From positions 31,765 to 95,764 of IMG/VR virus record IMGVR_UViG_3300028920_000004: a stretch of 64,000 bases of DNA. The stretch is one strand, 5' to 3'. Positions 58,870 to 64,000 of this stretch are shown here, piece by piece. The position numbers and the translations under genes were made by a program. How positions within the stretch are numbered: position 1 is the stretch's first letter; the number at the start of each line of letters is the position of its first letter. The notes under the pieces were generated by a model, which ran no database searches, was not told the origin of the DNA, and saw nothing but the letters and a program-made list of their open reading frames with translations. The DNA comes from a virus.

Positions 58870-60241
58870 ATGTTACTTGATTGGGCGAAAACAGAAAACG
58901 GACAAAAAGAAGCGAGTAATTTAATTTGTAATTTGCAAAAATATAGTATAAAAAAATATGCAGGTGAAAAAATAACTTCTGATAATTTTTTAAAATATGA
59001 GTTATCTTTTTGTAAATATAAATTGAATGGTAAAATATACAAAGGCTTTTTTACTAAAAAAGATATAAATGATATTTTTAAAATCCTTGATTATTACCCT
59101 GGACATATAATATCTTTAACTGGATAATAAAAAATGAATACTAATAATTCAAACCATGCTAGAGGCTATAAAATAAGACGTAAAAATCATTATATAGATA
59201 CACCTTGGATTATTACATCTTGCAAAAGTATATATAAAAAAAGTATAAATAGAGGACATAAAACCGTATTAATTAAAAAGAAGGGATAAAAGACTATGAA
59301 AAAAAATAAAAGTCAGATTTTGGAAGGTATAACGGAGGATATAAAATCTTCAAAATTTATTGCCAATAATACATTAATGATACATTACAAAAATGGTATA
59401 ACCGCTTATAGATTACACAATACGGATATAATCCGTATAAATACCAGTAATGGCAATATAACTTTAAATAATGGAGGATATAAAACATCTACCACAAAAA
59501 ACCGTATAAATCAGTTTACACCTTCAAATTTTTATTTATACCAAAAAAATCATATATGGTATATAAACACTCTAAAAGAAAAGTTTAGTTTTTATAATGG
59601 TATTACTTTTGATTTACAAGGCAATTTATTATCAGAAAATAAAACGGTAAACATTAAAGAAGTAAACAAAATCAAAAAAAGTATAAAAAAATATGTAAAT
59701 TTAATTGATAAATGCGAAAAAATCCCTGTACCTTCTAATGGTGATTGCTGGTATTGTTCAATGAAAGTTCAAAATACAGGTAAAAATTTAGGGGATAAAA
59801 TCCAAAATATCGACCATTTAAAATCCCATATAAAAGAAAATTATTTACATGGCAGTATTTTATATAATGCCATGATAGAATACGGTTATAACACTTATCA
59901 AATAGGAATACATTATAATATAAATTCAAGAGATACCTTTAAACGTGCATTAAAAAAATACTTATATAAAAGATTATTAAAGGATAATTTCAATGTATAG
60001 AATATATACAGAAAATACAAAAATAAAAACTATAAAAAGACTATGTAATAATAACTTAAATGGATATACTTTAATAAAAAGTCAAGGTATATGGCAAGGA
60101 AAAGAAGAAAAAAGCATAATAATTGAAGTTGAAGGAGCAAGGAAAAAACAAATGATACATTTATCAAAGTTATTAAAAAAAGCACTAAAACAGGAAGTAA
60201 TCTTACTGCAAGAATTAAAAACAAAAAATCAACTAATATAA
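58870..60241 (+). other. Rightward early ORFs (58870-59127, 59296-60000, 59993-60241)
   Basis: ORF track; SD sites. Confidence 0.6.
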
Positions 60242-60494
60242 CCATATAAAAGAAGGGATAAAGGTGATATAATATGTTAAGTCTAGGGGCTATTATCGCA
60301 AGAAATAATGTTACAAAGGCCAAGAGAAGGGAAACCGCAAAGCATATACAGAGGCAACAAAAAGAAAACAAAAAAAAATAAAAAAATTAATAAAGTAGGT
60401 AATAAAGGAGAATAATAATGAGTAGAAGAGAGAGAGAAGGGAGATTAAAGAAAAAGAAGTAAAAAACATTCATATATAATATCATAAGAAACAT

Positions 60495-60537
60495 AAAAAG
60501 AAGTCAAGACCTAAAAATCTTGACTTCTTTTTTTTTA
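60495..60537 (+). terminator. Intrinsic terminator, possibly bidirectional
   Basis: aaaaagaagtcaaga-cctaaaaa-tcttgacttcttttt followed by a further T-run. Confidence 0.7.
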
Positions 60538-61261
60538 TACTTGAATAAATAACCATAAAATTTATAAATATATCTAGAAAAAAATATCCCTAAATATATG
60601 CTTAAACTATATCATAGAAGCAATAAAGGAAGAATGTATTACTAATAATAAGTATATAATTATGGAGTAATTAAAGATAAGGGAAAAAGAAAAAAACGAT
60701 TTTCACTTAATAGATATTGAAAAATCCTACTTTGTATATGGCTTTTTGATATAATAGGGTATTATAGTAGCATAGACTTTCAATCATAGCAACCACTTAC
60801 GATAGAATAGGCCAGGGGTTTATTTTAGCGTAAAGTATATATAAGTATAAATATACTACTACTATCTCCTATTAACACCCCTATAAAAAGCCTTGAACCC
60901 TATGCGAAATGCCTTGTAGCGGAACTTTTTTACTCTTTTTAGGGTATTTTAAGCATATTTAAGCCTTTTTTAAGATTAATGGGGGATTTATAGATATTAC
61001 CATAAAAATGTCCTATAGGGGTTACTATTAGCAAATATAGGGTATATAAGAAAGGGTTTAAGGCTTATTTTTTAAGGGTAAGAGATAAGAGGTAAATTAT
61101 AGTTTATTACTATTATAGTAGTAATTAATAATTGGGAGATTTATCAGAATTAGTGATAATATTATCACTGTAAGTGATATGAGGTTCGACCCGATATTTT
61201 CGGTGTCGTAAGGCGGTAAATTGGTGGTAAAGTTAAGAATAAAATAGGGTGATTTTTACTA

Positions 61262-61291
61262 TTGACAACTTCTATAGGTATGTGGTATAAT
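61262..61291 (+). promoter_or_regulatory. sigma70-type promoter
   Basis: TTGACA-18 nt-TATAAT with TG. Confidence 0.85.
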
Positions 61292-61474
61292 ATACTTGAG
61301 GTTTAAAAAGAATAAAAGTATAAATGAAAGGATAGTAGAATGAGAAGATGGATGTGGATGATAATAATAAGTTGTTTTTATGTTATTTTCCTATATATAT
61401 TATATACCTTTTAATTTCATATGTTGTGAAAAAAAATATAAGTAGAGATTATAAAAATTATTTAGGAGGGATAA

Positions 61475-63919
61475 ATGAATATTTTATTGTTTGTGGTTCT
61501 TTGGTTAATATCTGGAATATTAGGAACATATATAGTATATAATGTAGGCGAAGATGTAAAAGAAGTAACTTTAGGAGAGTTAGTTATTGGAATATTATTA
61601 GGATTTGGTATTTTATTTGTGGGGTTAGGTATGTGTTTTTTTAAATTGGGAAAATTAGTAATGTTTAAAAAGGATAATTCAAATCAAAAAATAACAATAT
61701 TGGAACATACTATTAAAACTTTAAAAGAAGTGTTTAATTCTAAACCAGAAGAAGTAATTCCTAAAGATTGGAAAAGTCATTTATATATTGCTATCAAAAT
61801 ACTAGAAACCATCCAAAAAAATAAAATATTAAAATTTATGTTATATTTTATGATTAAATAATAAGAGGAGGATAAAATATATGAGTTGGAATAAAAATAC
61901 ATTAAATAATTCTAAATTAGACCATATTAAGATAATATTGGATGAGTTATCTATACCTTATAAATTAACTACTTTAGGAAAAGTGATGGGTATAGGATTG
62001 AATGATGATATTAGAGAAGATTGTGATTATCCTATTAGAAAGTTGGAAGTAGGTAATAAAGTAGTTTTAGAACGAATGGAAAGAAATACTGATTGTGATT
62101 TTGATGATTATATAACAAGCTATATATTCGATAAAGAAAAAGTTCCTAAAAATTGGGAATTAGAGAGAACTTTTAATAATGATACAGGAGAATGGGAGAA
62201 TTAATATAATATATGGAAGCTATTAGAATGGCATGGGAATTATGTTGTTTGATTCAATGTAGAGATAAATACTTGAAACCTCTTCCAAATACAAAAAAAG
62301 TGGGGAGTATATTTATAATAATATTAGATTTTATTTTAACTATAATTCAAAATATTTTACAGCGTATAATATATGATTTAGAACATAGGTCATATAAATA
62401 AAGGAGTAATAATGCCTAAATATCGCAATATAAGTAGAGAGAAAAATAAGTTTTATAAATTACTTAATTTAGATAAGAAAATGAGAAAGTTAATTTCTTT
62501 TTTTAATGTTTGGAAAAAAGAAGCAAGTAAAGAACAAGATTAAGGGGGAGTGAGATGAAAACACCAGAATATCAAAAAGGATATTATGATGGGTTCATGG
62601 AAGGGCAAAGTCGAGCATTTCAAATTATGGAAAAGCAACTTACTCTGGCATATCTTTCTCGTCCAATAGTAATACAAGTGTCAAAAGAAGGTCTAACCTC
62701 AAAAGGAGATGAGATATGGAAACAAATAAAAAAGAAGTAAATAAAATGATAAACCGCCTTAAGAAGGGCGAGAAACTTTCTTACGAAAACACATTAGGAA
62801 CAGCCTGTTCGTATATTTATGATAAGAAAACTGCTAAAAGATATTGGGATGCTCTTATTAAATGGCATACGAAAAGAACGGGGCATACCCGAAAGAAGGC
62901 TATTAAAATAGAAGCAAGCAATTTAGGATATTACAAGGGTTATTATGATATCGAAACCATTGATAGGGTTACTAAATTATTTAGGTGCATCCATCCTATT
63001 TTTGGTTGGTAAACCTCAAAAGGAGATGAGAGATGAAGATACTAGATATATGTCTTTATTTATTTCTAATTTTTATTTTTCTTCCGTTTGTCTTTGCTAT
63101 AACTCCCGAAATGTTTATTGTTATAAATGTAACTAGAAAAAGAATCGCCCATTGGATTAAAAGACATATATATGATGGATTAAAAATACCAAAGTAACCT
63201 CGGAGGCACTATGAGTATAAATCCAGTTGATGGTGAAATGTATTCTAAGAAAGAAAGGACTACTATGAACCCCAAAACTAAAGAGTGTGTGGAGGTGTTG
63301 GGGGAATTGTTGGCACTTGAGAAATTGACTAAGGATTTACCTAAAAATATCCAATATCCAAGATATGGGTCAGCCCCCACCTATGCCCTCACTACCCTAC
63401 CGAAGTACGAGGAGGCGTTGAGGAAGATAGCGGTGTATAAAAAATGGGCATTAAAAGAAGGTATCAGTTATTATTTACAATTAGAAAAAGTAATAGACAT
63501 CGCAAAGAACGCATTGGAGGAGACCTAACATGGATAAGATAAGGGAGAAAGAGTTGAAAGAGGCGATGAACATGTTGAAGGAAATACGTAATGCGTTTGC
63601 CCAGAAAGCAAATAAATCACATGATTTAGATTATCTTTATGAAAAAGAACAGGACGCCCTATCCTACGCCATCTCCACCCTCACCGAAGTTATAGAAGGG
63701 CGGTTAGTGAGGCCGATGGGAAGTAGTGAAATAGATAAAATCGCTGATAGCTGTATGTATGATTTTCCAAAGAGTTATACTAATGCTCAAATTATTGCCT
63801 TCCAGAAAGGCATAGATAAGATGTGGGCACAAATTAAGAAAAAACTTCTCAACAAAGTAGGTAAGCCCCACAACCACAGAAAGGCGGGAGAGGATGTTCA
63901 GAACCGACTACATAGATAA
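61475..63919 (+). other. Rightward cluster of small hypothetical ORFs (61475-61861 membrane, 61881-62204, 62213-62401, 62555-62740, 62716-63012, 63211-63528, 63530-63919)
   Basis: ORF track; GGAGG sites. Confidence 0.6.
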
Positions 63920-64000
63920 GCTACATTTACATTATCCAGAAGCAACATTTATTACTGTGAGAGCAAATAAAGACGGGCTTCAGTTTTGCGTTTTTACTGA

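Noticed and set aside
58713-63380. Minus-strand ORFs 58713-59042, 59735-59929, 60030-60371, 63180-63380
   Set aside because: Antisense shadows of the rightward early genes
1-64000. Stop-codon reassignment (alternative genetic code)
   Set aside because: Conserved enzymes are full length under code 11, all three stops end real genes, and the only tRNA found has a sense anticodon

Overview
AT-rich, gene-dense 64-kb segment of a large dsDNA bacteriophage (or phage-like element). It covers the auxiliary-metabolic, replication/repair and early regions; only the 3' end of one probable structural gene (+ strand, <2..901) is included. Genes run almost uninterrupted on the minus strand from about 58 kb down to 858 and switch to the plus strand at about 58.3 kb. 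Left to right: (i) a 15-kb surface-glycan island (KdsA, KpsS/KpsC-like Kdo transferase, three GT2s, three sulfotransferases, CysC, a PiT/CysP anion permease, a small HxGH nucleotidyltransferase); (ii) a replication/recombination block (Rad50/SbcC, Mre11/SbcD, family-B DNA polymerase with atypical active-site motifs, RecA, RuvC-like resolvase, Zn-finger/PrimPol/helicase fusion, T4 RNase H-like nuclease); (iii) a tRNA-Gln(UUG) and an unannotated 35-aa bS22-like ribosomal protein ORF; (iv) nucleotide-pool and RNA-repair genes, including RtcB split by an Ala-start LAGLIDADG intein; (v) an early region of small ORFs driven by a series of near-consensus sigma70 promoters, with a tyrosine recombinase, a membrane-anchored RuvB-like ATPase, a serine-less ACP homologue and a 25x18-bp hexapeptide-repeat gene. 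The promoters and GGAG Shine-Dalgarno sites indicate a bacterial host. The best candidate for an undescribed system is an apparently self-contained phage sulfation pathway (sulfate import, APS, PAPS, sulfotransfer) coupled to Kdo-glycan synthesis. All assignments are from motif recognition by eye; no database searches were run.
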